A stretch of 64,000 nucleotides of DNA from Candidatus Nanohaloarchaea archaeon. Its GTDB lineage: Archaea > Nanohalarchaeota > Nanosalinia > Nanosalinales > Nanosalinaceae. The stretch spans positions 4,716 through 68,715 of the forward strand of contig JBDGRK010000005.1 of NCBI GenBank assembly GCA_042218075.1, read 5' to 3'. Numbering within the stretch: the stretch's first letter is position 1; each line of letters begins with the position of its first letter. The notes under the pieces were generated by a model. The model was not told the origin of the DNA. It made no database searches and was given only the letters and a program-made list of their open reading frames with translations. Positions 38,837-48,392 of this stretch are shown one piece after another. Position numbers and translations under genes: made by a program.

Positions 38837-39009
38837 AATATCCCCTGTTTCCACAGAGATAAAAAAGACTGGCAGGAGAAGAGATGTATCAAAAACGAAG
38901 TTACCAGGAGATTAAAACAAATGAACGGAAAAGGCGGAAAAAGACTTAAGGAGAATTACAGCTGATTTTAGGCGATTGTTTAAAGTAAATTGGCATTAAT
39001 TTGTTTACT

Positions 39010-39408
39010 ATGATAGTAGGATTCAACGTTGACTCTCTGAATGCGGAGAGGAAAGAAGGCGGAAGTGGCGGAGACCTTAAAGTGAACTACAATCCAGAGA
39101 TAACTGAAATCGAGGAAGCCGAGGTATCTGCGATGGATGACAAGGTTGCGAAGATAAACTTCGAGTTTACAGTAAGTTATGACGTCGGAGATCACACCGA
39201 GGCAGAAATAGTACTTGAAGGAAATATCCTGTGGAAAGGCCATCTGGAAGAGATTATAGAGGAATGGGATGAGAACGAGGAACTGCCGGATGAAATCGAA
39301 GCACCACTGATGAACGATCTCTACAGGAAATGCATCTCACAGTCGGTCGGTATCGCTGACACACTTAACCTTCTCCCGCCGATACCCACACCGAGAATCG
39401 ACCGATAG
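39010..39408 (+). CDS. Conserved archaeal protein (possibly SecB-like fold)
   Basis: MIVGFN...I.FEF.V.Y...AEI.LEG...LNLLPPIPTP pattern. Confidence 0.65.
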   Translation: MIVGFNVDSLNAERKEGGSGGDLKVNYNPEITEIEEAEVSAMDDKVAKINFEFTVSYDVGDHTEAEIVLEGNILWKGHLEEIIEEWDENEELPDEIEAPLMNDLYRKCISQSVGIADTLNLLPPIPTPRIDR

Positions 39409-39492
39409 TTCCAGGTGTTCTAACCCAAATTTTTTAAAGCCTCAGCTTCAAACTTCGAAGGTCGGGGAGGGAAAAAGTCGTGATGATAAACT

Positions 39493-39972
39493 ATGTCGAG
39501 CTCTGCGAATCAGAATACGCCTCCTGAAGCTGATATCGAGACGGAGAGAAGAGCCGAAAGGTATGAAGATTTCGTGGACTACCTTCTCGATGAGGGAAGA
39601 GTATTCCCCGATAATAGAGAACTCCTGGAGAAACCATACAGTGAGATGGAGCCTGGTGAAAAGCTGGATGCGCTGGCCACGTTCTACAACGAAATTAGGG
39701 ATGCAAGAACTATCAGACAGGAATACACCGGAGCGGAGATCCTGGATTATCTGGAATCGATAATCGAATCACCTGAATCTATAGAGTCTGAAATAGGGGA
39801 AGCAGGCAGGAAAGATTTTGAGGATTTACCTGAGGTCGAGATCAAAAAGCAGATACAGCGAGAGACTGGAGGATACCCTGATGAAGAAAGTACTAGGCAT
39901 ACCACCCAAAGAATGGGTACCGGGGAAGATGGAGAATGGGTCCAGGTGTTCGGTATTCTTGACTGGGAATAA
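39493..39972 (+). CDS. Hypothetical acidic protein
   Basis: 159-aa ORF with host-like codon usage. Confidence 0.65.
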   Translation: MSSSANQNTPPEADIETERRAERYEDFVDYLLDEGRVFPDNRELLEKPYSEMEPGEKLDALATFYNEIRDARTIRQEYTGAEILDYLESIIESPESIESEIGEAGRKDFEDLPEVEIKKQIQRETGGYPDEESTRHTTQRMGTGEDGEWVQVFGILDWE

Positions 39973-40190
39973 AATAAACCGGGAATAATTGATAAACCGG
40001 TTTGATAAACAATCTACCCTGGATTTGTTCGGGTTGAGCCGAACAAACCTGTTCTGAGAGATCTCTTTACTCTGTTCATAAATGTTCCAGCGATCTTTAT
40101 TTAGCTGAAAATCTGATTTAAGAAATTCCTAAGTCTGAAAAAGAGATTAAAAGAGTTTTTGAATTTGAAGGATTTTACTGCTGTCAAAAT

Positions 40191-40228
40191 TGCTGAAAAC
40201 TGCTGAAAACCACTTGATTTGCTGAAAG
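40191..40228. repeat. Tandem TGCTGAAAAC repeats upstream of the S-layer promoter
   Basis: TGCTGAAAAC x2 at 40191-40210, TGCTGAAAG at 40220, AGCTGAAAA at 40103. Confidence 0.7.
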
Positions 40229-40319
40229 GACGATGCTAAACTATTCTAAATCCAGTAAGGCGATCCTAGAACCGTCCAAATCACCGCGTGAACGGTTAAA
40301 CAGCAGAAAAATCGTGGGG

Positions 40320-40561
40320 TTTAAAAAGGGTTGTACACTAATAGGGATACAAGGCCTAGCCCATGTGCTAGTGCTGACTGGGATCCCAGCCCATACTTAA
40401 CTATTCCCGCGCGAGGGAAGATAACTTTTTTCGGGAATCGGGATCCCGCGGAGGACTGAGCCCTCTCCGATACCGGTAACGGGTTCAAGGGAGCCTTCCC
40501 CCGAGGGCTTCACTCCAAAAAACAAAGAAAATCGGGTACACCACACAGGTGAATACACAAC
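40320..40561 (+). promoter_or_regulatory. S-layer gene promoter and ~210-nt structured 5' leader
   Basis: TTTAAAAA at 40320-27; several GC-rich hairpins; A/C-rich spacer and AGGTGA SD before the ATG. Confidence 0.65.
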
Positions 40562-43500
40562 ATGAAGTCTATCAAAAAACTCAAGAACGCAGGAAAAGCT
40601 GTAGCAGGCTCTGCACTTCTCGTCGGGGCTACCCTGACAGGAGCGGCCGGCTTTGCTGCAGCACAGAGCGGTAACTCTTCCAGCATGACATTGGGAGACT
40701 ATCCGCAGCCGTTTGTAGATGACAACGGCGAAGTAGATTCCACAATTGTAGTGGGATCACAGGGAAAAGTTTCAGACGTAGTAGGAGCAATCAACGTTGC
40801 CGGATCACTCGGTAACTCAGCATTCATGGAAGAATCAGTTTCCGTGAGTGTCTCAGGAACAGGAGGAAGATGGAGTGCTTCAAACGGAGTAACTCTGGAC
40901 ACCACAAACGACGACCTGTTCTACGGTGACTCGATCAGCACAGTGAGGGACACCCTGACAGAGACAGACCTTCCAACACTCAAGGAACACACGTTCACGG
41001 ATGATGGAGGAACCGAGTACGACATCACACAGTACGTGAATGTTGACAACCAGGGAGTCCAATTCGGAAACAGTCCTGATGAACTCAACAACGAGGATCC
41101 AAAAGTTCACATCCCCGTACCGACAGAATCAGACGTAGATAACAACAACTACCTGATCAACCTACAGGCGAATATAGAAACGCTTAACTTCTCCGATTCG
41201 CAGGTACAGGGAGAAGAGATCAAACTCTTCGGCAAAACCTTTACACCTACAGAAAGCGACAACTCTGTAGGAGACAACGAACTGGTAATGTACGGTTCCA
41301 GCCAGACACTATCTCTATCCACAGGCAACTCAACCACAGTAACAGTTGGTGGAGAAGAAGTCACTCTGGGAGTAGAATCCGTAGACGCAGGTAGCGACAA
41401 CGCAGCTATCAGGGTCAACGGAGAAGTAAGCTCCGAATCAACAGAGGACACAATCAACGTCAACGGAGAAGAGATTAGAGTCGACGAGCTGATCAACACC
41501 GGAGCAACAGACAACGGAGAAGGAATCGTCAACTTCGAGATCGGATCAGAGAAGCTCTCCTTCCAGGATAACAGCGCAATCCAGGACGATAATGGAGACG
41601 ACATTGAAGGAACTTACGTCACCATCAACGGAGGAACGAGCTACTCGGTGGGTGACGGAGTCTCATCGATGACAATCTACCTGGGAAGTCAAGATGACAA
41701 TGACGATGCACTGACCTCTGGTGAGACGTTCAGTCACTCGATGTTTGGTGACTTTGAGGTTGACTTCGGCGGACTCAACCCTGACGCAGTCAATGGATCA
41801 GAATCCGTTTCAGAAATCGAGTACGGAACATCAGGAGGCGACACATCCACAGTGGATCTTACCTCCAGTGGAGAGCCAGCAAGTATAGGGTTCGCATACG
41901 ACAGCGACTCTGAAGATGGAAACACTGATTCCTCAGATTCAAGCTCCACAGGTCAGGGTAAAGGTCAGGGTAATTTTGATGCAGAACTTGCTGACTCCGA
42001 CGGAGACAATATAGTCGTGGATGAGTCGGCTGCAGTTGACGAAGAACAGTTTATCTCTTCCGATGCTGGAGACTTCGCTCACATGTGGGAGGTTTCCAAC
42101 ATCGACAGAGATGAAACCAGCAACATGGCCTCAGACGACGAGGCAACGATTGACCTGACGGATACGGTGACAGGTAACTCCGTTGAAGTAGAGCTAGAAG
42201 CTGTAGACGGTGGAGGAGACAACGACTTTAAAGACGGAGACACAGACCACTACGCCGGAACAGAGATCATCGACGGCCAGACCTACTACTTCGAGCTTGA
42301 AGGAGAGAGTGACACCGCAATCGAATCAGGAACACAGGACGGAGAATCAAGCAGCCAAGTAGCCGACTTCAGAATGGCCTGGGGTTCCGGGCTTTCAGAG
42401 AGCGATGCGACAGACTCCGGGAACACGGATCTTCCTTCGGGAAGCGTTAAGTCGCTCTACACACCTGTTGACACCAAATCCGGTTCAGCAGTAGCTGTAA
42501 CCGAACAGGTACAGGTAGCGAGCGACGCCTTCAACGACGCTAGCAACAGCTCGACACAGGGAGAGATCTACGATCAGGAGATCGAACTGCCAAGCACCGA
42601 ATCCACCGACGCGAAGAACGCGAGAGTATTCGTGCGGGAGACCGGAGATGGTGAAGCAAACACAGATTCCACACTCACATTGACAGTTGCAGGAACGAAC
42701 GAGACAGTAACCGCAGACGGTAGCAGTGTGGCTCAGGAATTCACCGTCGGACAGACTGTCTACACGGTTGACCTCGATTCAGTCGGTTCTTCAGGAGACA
42801 ACGATGGTGAGTCATTCAATATTGATGTAGGAGTTTCGAGCGACCAGACCGACGATGGTACTGGGGCAACCAGGTCCGCAGTTAGAACTAACCCAGCAGC
42901 CATCACAGTGCTTCCGGAAGACGACAACGACGAGGAGCACTCCTACGTCTCTGAGTACAGCGACAGAAGTGGTACAGATGGACTAGCCGTAGATGCAGCA
43001 ACTTACTCAGGAAGCAACAGGGACACTCAGTCACTTGAGAGCGACGATCAGACCACTGCAGGAGTCGACTTCTACGGAACCTACACTAAGCACGATTCGG
43101 ATGAAGAAGGAAGCTACATGCTCAGCATTCCGAACGGACAGTCGACAGCCGGAGTAGCGGTCACACAATCAGAAGGTGATCTTTCCGCTTCTGGCGGAGG
43201 AGGATCTGGTTCAGCAATGACCAAGAAGCCTACCGGATGGCCTGACGCCGCTGCACTTGACAGCGAAGTCTCTGGATCCGACAGGAACCAGAACCTTATC
43301 CTCGTAGGAGGACCAGCAGTCAACACACTGGTAGCAGAACTCGCCAACCAGAACATGACATGGAGCGGTGACCAGTACAGTCAGAACCAGTACCTACTGG
43401 ACCTGACAGAAGGATTCGACGGAGACGGCGGATCCAAGGCGCTCGTAGTCGCTGGTTACGGGAAGGCAGACACGAGAGCAGCAGCAAGCTACCTCTCCAA

Positions 43501-43567
43501 CTACCAGGACCACAGCAGCGAGATGGCTGGCAAGTCCACACTCACAAAGACGACAGCAGCCCAGTAA
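40562..43567 (+). CDS. S-layer protein (S_layer_N/S_layer_C type)
   Basis: MKSIKKL...GSALLVGATL, DYPQPFV...IVVG...DVVGA; C-terminal NLILVGGPAVN, LVVAG...DTRAAA; strongly biased codon usage. Confidence 0.93.
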   Translation: MKSIKKLKNAGKAVAGSALLVGATLTGAAGFAAAQSGNSSSMTLGDYPQPFVDDNGEVDSTIVVGSQGKVSDVVGAINVAGSLGNSAFMEESVSVSVSGTGGRWSASNGVTLDTTNDDLFYGDSISTVRDTLTETDLPTLKEHTFTDDGGTEYDITQYVNVDNQGVQFGNSPDELNNEDPKVHIPVPTESDVDNNNYLINLQANIETLNFSDSQVQGEEIKLFGKTFTPTESDNSVGDNELVMYGSSQTLSLSTGNSTTVTVGGEEVTLGVESVDAGSDNAAIRVNGEVSSESTEDTINVNGEEIRVDELINTGATDNGEGIVNFEIGSEKLSFQDNSAIQDDNGDDIEGTYVTINGGTSYSVGDGVSSMTIYLGSQDDNDDALTSGETFSHSMFGDFEVDFGGLNPDAVNGSESVSEIEYGTSGGDTSTVDLTSSGEPASIGFAYDSDSEDGNTDSSDSSSTGQGKGQGNFDAELADSDGDNIVVDESAAVDEEQFISSDAGDFAHMWEVSNIDRDETSNMASDDEATIDLTDTVTGNSVEVELEAVDGGGDNDFKDGDTDHYAGTEIIDGQTYYFELEGESDTAIESGTQDGESSSQVADFRMAWGSGLSESDATDSGNTDLPSGSVKSLYTPVDTKSGSAVAVTEQVQVASDAFNDASNSSTQGEIYDQEIELPSTESTDAKNARVFVRETGDGEANTDSTLTLTVAGTNETVTADGSSVAQEFTVGQTVYTVDLDSVGSSGDNDGESFNIDVGVSSDQTDDGTGATRSAVRTNPAAITVLPEDDNDEEHSYVSEYSDRSGTDGLAVDAATYSGSNRDTQSLESDDQTTAGVDFYGTYTKHDSDEEGSYMLSIPNGQSTAGVAVTQSEGDLSASGGGGSGSAMTKKPTGWPDAAALDSEVSGSDRNQNLILVGGPAVNTLVAELANQNMTWSGDQYSQNQYLLDLTEGFDGDGGSKALVVAGYGKADTRAAASYLSNYQDHSSEMAGKSTLTKTTAAQ

Positions 43568-43579
43568 AACGGGCTCACA

Positions 43580-43606
43580 TTTTCTTTCCTTTTCTATTTT
43601 CTATTC
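43580..43606 (+). terminator. Oligo-T terminator after the S-layer gene
   Basis: TTTTCTTTCCTTTTCTATTTTC 12 nt after the stop. Confidence 0.65.
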
Positions 43607-43656
43607 TCAAACTGATTCAAGACAGATTTTTATTGCAGCATTTCCTATTGACCGAC

Positions 43657-43989
43657 ATGAAAGATCTTGAATATATAGTAGAATTCAAATACAATCCGGA
43701 ACTCGATATAATCACGATCGATAAAGAAGGCAGAAGTCCGGAAGAATACGAAGAAAGCCTTCCAATGGGAGACTACATAGTCGATATAGATAACGAAGGC
43801 AACTTTCTGGGTCTCGAACTCCTGAACGCATCTCAGAATCTTCCATTCAATAAGGAGGAACTTGAGAAGATTGAAAAAGTAGAACTAAGTCTGAAGGAAA
43901 GAGGTGACGCCAGAACTATCGGAGTGGATATAGAGTATTCAGGTAGTAAAGGCAAATTCAGCCTGGGTTACGCGACAGCCAAGGCATAG
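43657..43989 (+). CDS. DUF2283-domain protein
   Basis: KYNPELDIITI...VDIDNEGNFLGLELLNAS. Confidence 0.8.
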   Translation: MKDLEYIVEFKYNPELDIITIDKEGRSPEEYEESLPMGDYIVDIDNEGNFLGLELLNASQNLPFNKEELEKIEKVELSLKERGDARTIGVDIEYSGSKGKFSLGYATAKA

Positions 43990-44023
43990 ATTCTACCTTA
44001 AAATGTAGATTAAGAAAGATCTA

Positions 44024-44536
44024 TTAATTCTTCTTCGTCCACTTCCTCTCGACGTCAGAATTGTTAATGACTCGAGTGTCGCCGTTCACCAGCTCAAGCC
44101 TCGACTTTCTCAGGTCAATTTCCTTCACCTCTCCACTGAACGAGTCCACTTCCACCTCATCACCGACCTCGAAGTCAGGATCCCTTGCAAGATAAACTCC
44201 AGCTACGGTGTCAGAGAGTATATCCTTGAGAGCGTAAGCTACACCTAGAGCCACGAATCCTGAAGCGGTACCGAGGCTTGAGGCGATGCCGGAGAAGCCC
44301 AGCATGCTCAGTGTTATAAGTGCGACGAAGAACCACATGAAATACTTGGAAAGGTTGGAAAGCAGTCCAGATACCGCCTCCGAGCCAAACTTCCTGAAAG
44401 CTATCTTCCTCACCAGGCCTGAAGCGAACCGGATAACAACATAGGATGCAGCGATAAACAGAACCGCGAGAACCAGGTTGTATATCAGGGCGGTCGAGGT
44501 TATACTCCGAACAGAGTGCACTATACTGTGGCTCAT
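44024..44536 (-). CDS. Small-conductance mechanosensitive channel (short MscS)
   Basis: Three TMs, ALGVAYALKDILSD..AG, FEVGD.VE, G.V.EIDLR. Confidence 0.88.
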   Translation of the reverse strand: MSHSIVHSVRSITSTALIYNLVLAVLFIAASYVVIRFASGLVRKIAFRKFGSEAVSGLLSNLSKYFMWFFVALITLSMLGFSGIASSLGTASGFVALGVAYALKDILSDTVAGVYLARDPDFEVGDEVEVDSFSGEVKEIDLRKSRLELVNGDTRVINNSDVERKWTKKN

Positions 44537-45936
44537 GACTGGTAGTTTGTGAGAGACTGTTCAAACTCTTCTGCACTTCTCCTGTGCTTTTCCAGTGTCT
44601 CATCATCCATCCGATCGAGGTGAGAGGTCATGAATCCCATCCTGGGTATGTCCTCTATCTTCTCTCTGTTTCTCTCCAGAAAGCTCCAGTACAGACCATC
44701 CATGTATTCCTCCCATTCTCCTCCCTCGTAGTTGCTCATCTTCCTGATGTAGTTGCTTGAAGCAATATAGGGCTTCGTCATCATTTCCGACCACGAATAC
44801 TGGCTCATGCCGTAGATGTTAGGCACCATCACCCACTCGTAAGCATCCACGAACATCTCCATGAACCATCTGTAAACCTCATCCGGATCGATCTCCAGTA
44901 TGAGCATCACGTTGCCAAGCACCATCAGGCGCTCGATGTGGTGGCAGTAAGCGTTTTCCTTTGCATTCCGGATTGATACATCCAGAGGATCTACACCTGT
45001 CTCAGCCGAGTAAAACTCCTCCGGAATCGATCTCTGATTGTCCCAGAAGTTTTTCTGTCTCATCCCGGGCTCCATCTCATACACAGCTCTCACATACTCC
45101 CTCCATCCGATAACCTGGCGGATAAAGCCCTCCAGCGAATTCATCGGGTAGTCCCTGCTTTCATGCCAACTCAGGGTTTCCTCAACAACTTCTCCCGGAG
45201 TCAACAATCCGGTATTCAGGGATGGGGAAAGAAGGGAGTGGTAGCCGAACTTCAGCTCCCGATCCAGCGCGTCCTGGTACTTTCCGAACTCCTCCAGTCG
45301 ATTCTCCAGGAAATCCTCAAGGTTCTCTCTCGCCTGTTCATGAGTCACAGGGTAGAAGAAGTTATCCACGCTTCCCGGGTTCTCAGGAAAGTTATCCTCC
45401 ACGTACTCTCTAGCCCCCTCGACATACTCAGAGCTGAACTCGGGTATCTCCGGCGTCTGGTGATCTTCAGGCATCTTCTCACGGTTCTCCGGGTCGAAGC
45501 TCCATTTGCCTCCTTCCGGTTTCCCCTCTTCATCCACCAGAACATCCAGACGCTTCCTCTGGCTGCGGTAGAAATCCCTGTGGTAGTAACTCTCGATAAG
45601 CTCCCGGTTCTGCTCCATCGTGTTCAGGAACTTTGGAGTCTCAATCATCTCGAACTCCACGGTCGCATCACGGAGATCTTCTCTAAGCTCTCTATCCACG
45701 GGATTGAAAATTTTGACTTTTTCATCTATATCTTCCCTCCAGTCCTTCCCCATTTCAAGGTACTCCACGTTATCAAGCCTGTCCTGGAAGGCCTTCATGG
45801 AGGCGCGGTGCAGCACCAGCTTCTTCTTGTTATAATTGAATTCGGAGAAGAATTTCTGATGTTCTACCAGGTAGACCTTCTCATCAGAACCGACAACCTT
45901 CTCGAACAGCTGGTCAGGGAACAGCAGGTAAGCCAT
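44533..45936 (-). CDS. Cryptochrome/photolyase, PhrB/FeS-BCP (6-4) photolyase family
   Basis: FPDQL, GGKWSFD.ENR, FG.YQDA, EGFIRQVIGWRE, HHIERLM, KPYIASSNYI.KMS. Confidence 0.92.
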   Translation of the reverse strand: MAYLLFPDQLFEKVVGSDEKVYLVEHQKFFSEFNYNKKKLVLHRASMKAFQDRLDNVEYLEMGKDWREDIDEKVKIFNPVDRELREDLRDATVEFEMIETPKFLNTMEQNRELIESYYHRDFYRSQRKRLDVLVDEEGKPEGGKWSFDPENREKMPEDHQTPEIPEFSSEYVEGAREYVEDNFPENPGSVDNFFYPVTHEQARENLEDFLENRLEEFGKYQDALDRELKFGYHSLLSPSLNTGLLTPGEVVEETLSWHESRDYPMNSLEGFIRQVIGWREYVRAVYEMEPGMRQKNFWDNQRSIPEEFYSAETGVDPLDVSIRNAKENAYCHHIERLMVLGNVMLILEIDPDEVYRWFMEMFVDAYEWVMVPNIYGMSQYSWSEMMTKPYIASSNYIRKMSNYEGGEWEEYMDGLYWSFLERNREKIEDIPRMGFMTSHLDRMDDETLEKHRRSAEEFEQSLTNYQS

Positions 45937-45961
45937 GAGTAAATAAATTTTTCTGCAGCCT

Positions 45962-46171
45962 TTACTCTCTTTTCACAGCTACCATTCTAACCTTTTCACC
46001 CAGGATCTCTCTGGCGTAAGTCTCCACCCTGTCTTCCTTCTCCAGAGCGTTCAGAAGCCTGTGGACGCTGGCCGGATGGTACTCCAGCTCCCTCGCAAGA
46101 GTTTCAACAGAAGGTTTCTCTCCCTCCTCTATCATCTGTCTGGATCTCTCGAGTATCTCCTCTTTCCTCAT
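45962..46171 (-). CDS. Small winged-HTH protein
   Basis: PSVETLAREL....SVHRLLNALE. Confidence 0.75.
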   Translation of the reverse strand: MRKEEILERSRQMIEEGEKPSVETLARELEYHPASVHRLLNALEKEDRVETYAREILGEKVRMVAVKRE

Positions 46172-46209
46172 ATCGATATTTTAATAGCTCCGACAGATAA
46201 AGTTTCAGC

Positions 46210-46386
46210 ATGGAAGAGATGGATTTCCTGGATGATCTTGAGGAAGAGGTCGATTCGCTGGAGTCAGAGTTTGAAGAAGAGGAATCGAACACCTCGAGGG
46301 AGAAACACAGGCAGGTGGAAGAACTGCTGCGGGAGATACACGGCCAGATAGACACCCTGAGGGATCTGGCGGAGAAAAAGGATTAA
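46210..46386 (+). CDS. Small acidic coiled-coil protein (58 aa)
   Basis: Hand-translated MEEMDFLDDLEEEVDSLE...LRDLAEKKD*; TTTTAATA about 25 nt upstream; below the ORF-track cut-off. Confidence 0.7.
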   Translation: MEEMDFLDDLEEEVDSLESEFEEEESNTSREKHRQVEELLREIHGQIDTLRDLAEKKD

Positions 46387-46413
46387 AAAGTTTTGTTGAC
46401 GTAATTAAAACAG

Positions 46414-46830
46414 GTGGTAGTTGTGAGAAGGCTTGAAAGGCGTGACTTTGACGACGTTTTCGACCAGATGCAAAAAATGTTCAACCAGTTCCAGGACTTC
46501 ACCGATCTCAACGCGGGCATGCCGGTCAACGTCAAGGAGGAGGACGGCGAGATAGTGATGCAGGCGGACATGCCGGGGGTCCAGAAAGAAGATATCAATC
46601 TCAAAGCAGATGAAGACGGTATCGAGATATCAGCAGAGTCCAGCGAAGAGTACCAGGAAGAGAACGAGAAATACTTCAGGAGAGAGACTTCCTCGAGGCA
46701 TTACAGGAGAAGGATTCCCTGGCCGACAGAAGTGGACCAGGAATCGATAACTGCAAAGCACGAGGACGGAGTGCTCACCATCGAGGCCAAGAAAGAGGAA
46801 GGTGACGACTGGAACGTCGAGATAGAGTGA
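46414..46830 (+). CDS. Hsp20/alpha-crystallin small heat-shock protein
   Basis: ADMPGVQKEDI, A...DGVLTI; the true start may be a downstream GTG. Confidence 0.93.
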   Translation: MVVVRRLERRDFDDVFDQMQKMFNQFQDFTDLNAGMPVNVKEEDGEIVMQADMPGVQKEDINLKADEDGIEISAESSEEYQEENEKYFRRETSSRHYRRRIPWPTEVDQESITAKHEDGVLTIEAKKEEGDDWNVEIE

Positions 46831-47841
46831 TCAGGAAACCCTCAGAACTATATCTTTTCCTTCATCTACAGTCACATTTACGCCGAATTCTCCCAATACC
46901 TCCATATTTGTCTGCACGTGCCGGGTTAACTCAGGAACGGAGATTTCTCCACCAACCACTGCCATGAAAACCAGTAACTGGTCAGCCATATAGCTGTCTA
47001 CGGCAGCTTCTCCAGATTGGAAATTCCTGAAGCCTTCGACCGCCTTTTTTGCAACCTCCTCACTCCTCTTGCCTTTCTCTCCTAAAGAATCAAAGCCTGC
47101 GATAGAACTCTCGTACACAGCCTTCAGGAGCAGCGAAGAACCCGTGGAATCCGTCCGCTCGTATTCGACCTGCTTTTCGATCGGGACGGAGATATGAGAG
47201 TTCTTCAGCCTCCTAGCGGCCTCGTCGGCCTGTCTATCCGCTACATCCTGATCCACAAGCTCTTCCGAGGCCTTCGAGTAGATCTCGAATCTCTCCAGAT
47301 CTCCCCTCTGTCTGATCTCAACCGGTTCAAGAGAATGTGGTCGGGTTCTCAGCTCAACTTCACCTCCTCCCTCCGGGTAGTAACCTGTCTTTTCAAGCTC
47401 CAGGTCTCCCCTGAAACCAATTTTTCGCAGAAGAGGCAGCTTCACGTGCTTCAGATAGTTGAAACTGGGAGACCATTTCACATCTGTCCCTCCTTTAACT
47501 TTAAGCCTGAAACCTGAATCGAACTGAGAGCTGATCGGCAAAACTGTATCCAGTAGCAGGGTCACGCTGCCCGCAGTACCGATGTTAGCGGTAAAAGACT
47601 GATTCCTGAGCTGCAGCGGCCTGAAAACAATTTCTTTCGACCCCATCTCCGCTCCCTCGACCTCTGCAGATGTCAGCCTCTTCACCGCCTCAACGCATTC
47701 CAGGTGCTGCCTCTTCAGCCCGGGATTCGATCTGTTGGCCCTGATATTCTCCATCCTGAAATCTTCGCCCCTTACAGCAGAAAGAGTCAGCGCGGTCCTC
47801 AGCATCTGGCCGCCTCCCCTCGATCCATCAATCTCTATCAT
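46831..47841 (-). CDS. rtcA: RNA 3'-terminal phosphate cyclase
   Basis: GGGQMLR, PGLKRQH, TAGSVTL, GGTDV, GYYPEGGG, ADQL, H..TN. Confidence 0.95.
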   Translation of the reverse strand: MIEIDGSRGGGQMLRTALTLSAVRGEDFRMENIRANRSNPGLKRQHLECVEAVKRLTSAEVEGAEMGSKEIVFRPLQLRNQSFTANIGTAGSVTLLLDTVLPISSQFDSGFRLKVKGGTDVKWSPSFNYLKHVKLPLLRKIGFRGDLELEKTGYYPEGGGEVELRTRPHSLEPVEIRQRGDLERFEIYSKASEELVDQDVADRQADEAARRLKNSHISVPIEKQVEYERTDSTGSSLLLKAVYESSIAGFDSLGEKGKRSEEVAKKAVEGFRNFQSGEAAVDSYMADQLLVFMAVVGGEISVPELTRHVQTNMEVLGEFGVNVTVDEGKDIVLRVS

Positions 47842-47873
47842 GATTTAAAGGTTTACGCGGAGAGTTAAGTATT

Positions 47874-48392
47874 ATGGAGGCCTTCGAACAGTCAAGAGAG
47901 CAACTCGAAGAATTCCTTGGTTTCATGGAGGAAGATATTGAAAACGTGAGAAGAGTGATCGAGTTCTGCGATAGGGAAGATATCGATGCTGATTTCATCA
48001 TCCACGGCAAGGCCGAGACAGTCGAGCAGTCTTCCGAAGTCAAGGATATAGAAGAGTCAAGGATTGTGAAAACCCTGGTATTCAGGTGTGGAGAGGAGTT
48101 CGTCGCGGTTCTGTGTCCTGGAGATGAAAGAGTCGATGAAGAAAAGCTGGAGGAAGTGACAGGTAAGGAAGTCAGGATGGCTAACCCTGAAGAGGTTGAG
48201 GAAGCTACAGGTTACGTAATAGGAGGAGTATCTCCCTTCGACCTGGACATACAGGTTCTGATGGAGGAAAAATTACTGGAAAGAGACAGGGTAAACCCGG
48301 CGGCGGGTTCAAGAGTGGTTGGAGCCGAGGTCGATCCTGAAGAGTTGATAAAGAGATTAAAAGCAGAAAAAGTTGAAGTAGTCGGAAAATGA
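47874..48392 (+). CDS. YbaK/EbsC aminoacyl-tRNA editing protein
   Basis: IVKTLVF, TGYVIGGVSPF, AAGS. Confidence 0.92.
   Translation: MEAFEQSREQLEEFLGFMEEDIENVRRVIEFCDREDIDADFIIHGKAETVEQSSEVKDIEESRIVKTLVFRCGEEFVAVLCPGDERVDEEKLEEVTGKEVRMANPEEVEEATGYVIGGVSPFDLDIQVLMEEKLLERDRVNPAAGSRVVGAEVDPEELIKRLKAEKVEVVGK

Noticed and set aside
39973-40319. Replication origin
   Set aside because: Only a partial GTTCCAG, no ORB repeats with a G-string, and no adjacent cdc6/orc gene.
40350-40520. SRP RNA or RNase P RNA
   Set aside because: No SRP helix 8 motif and no GAGGAAAGTCC P4 signature.
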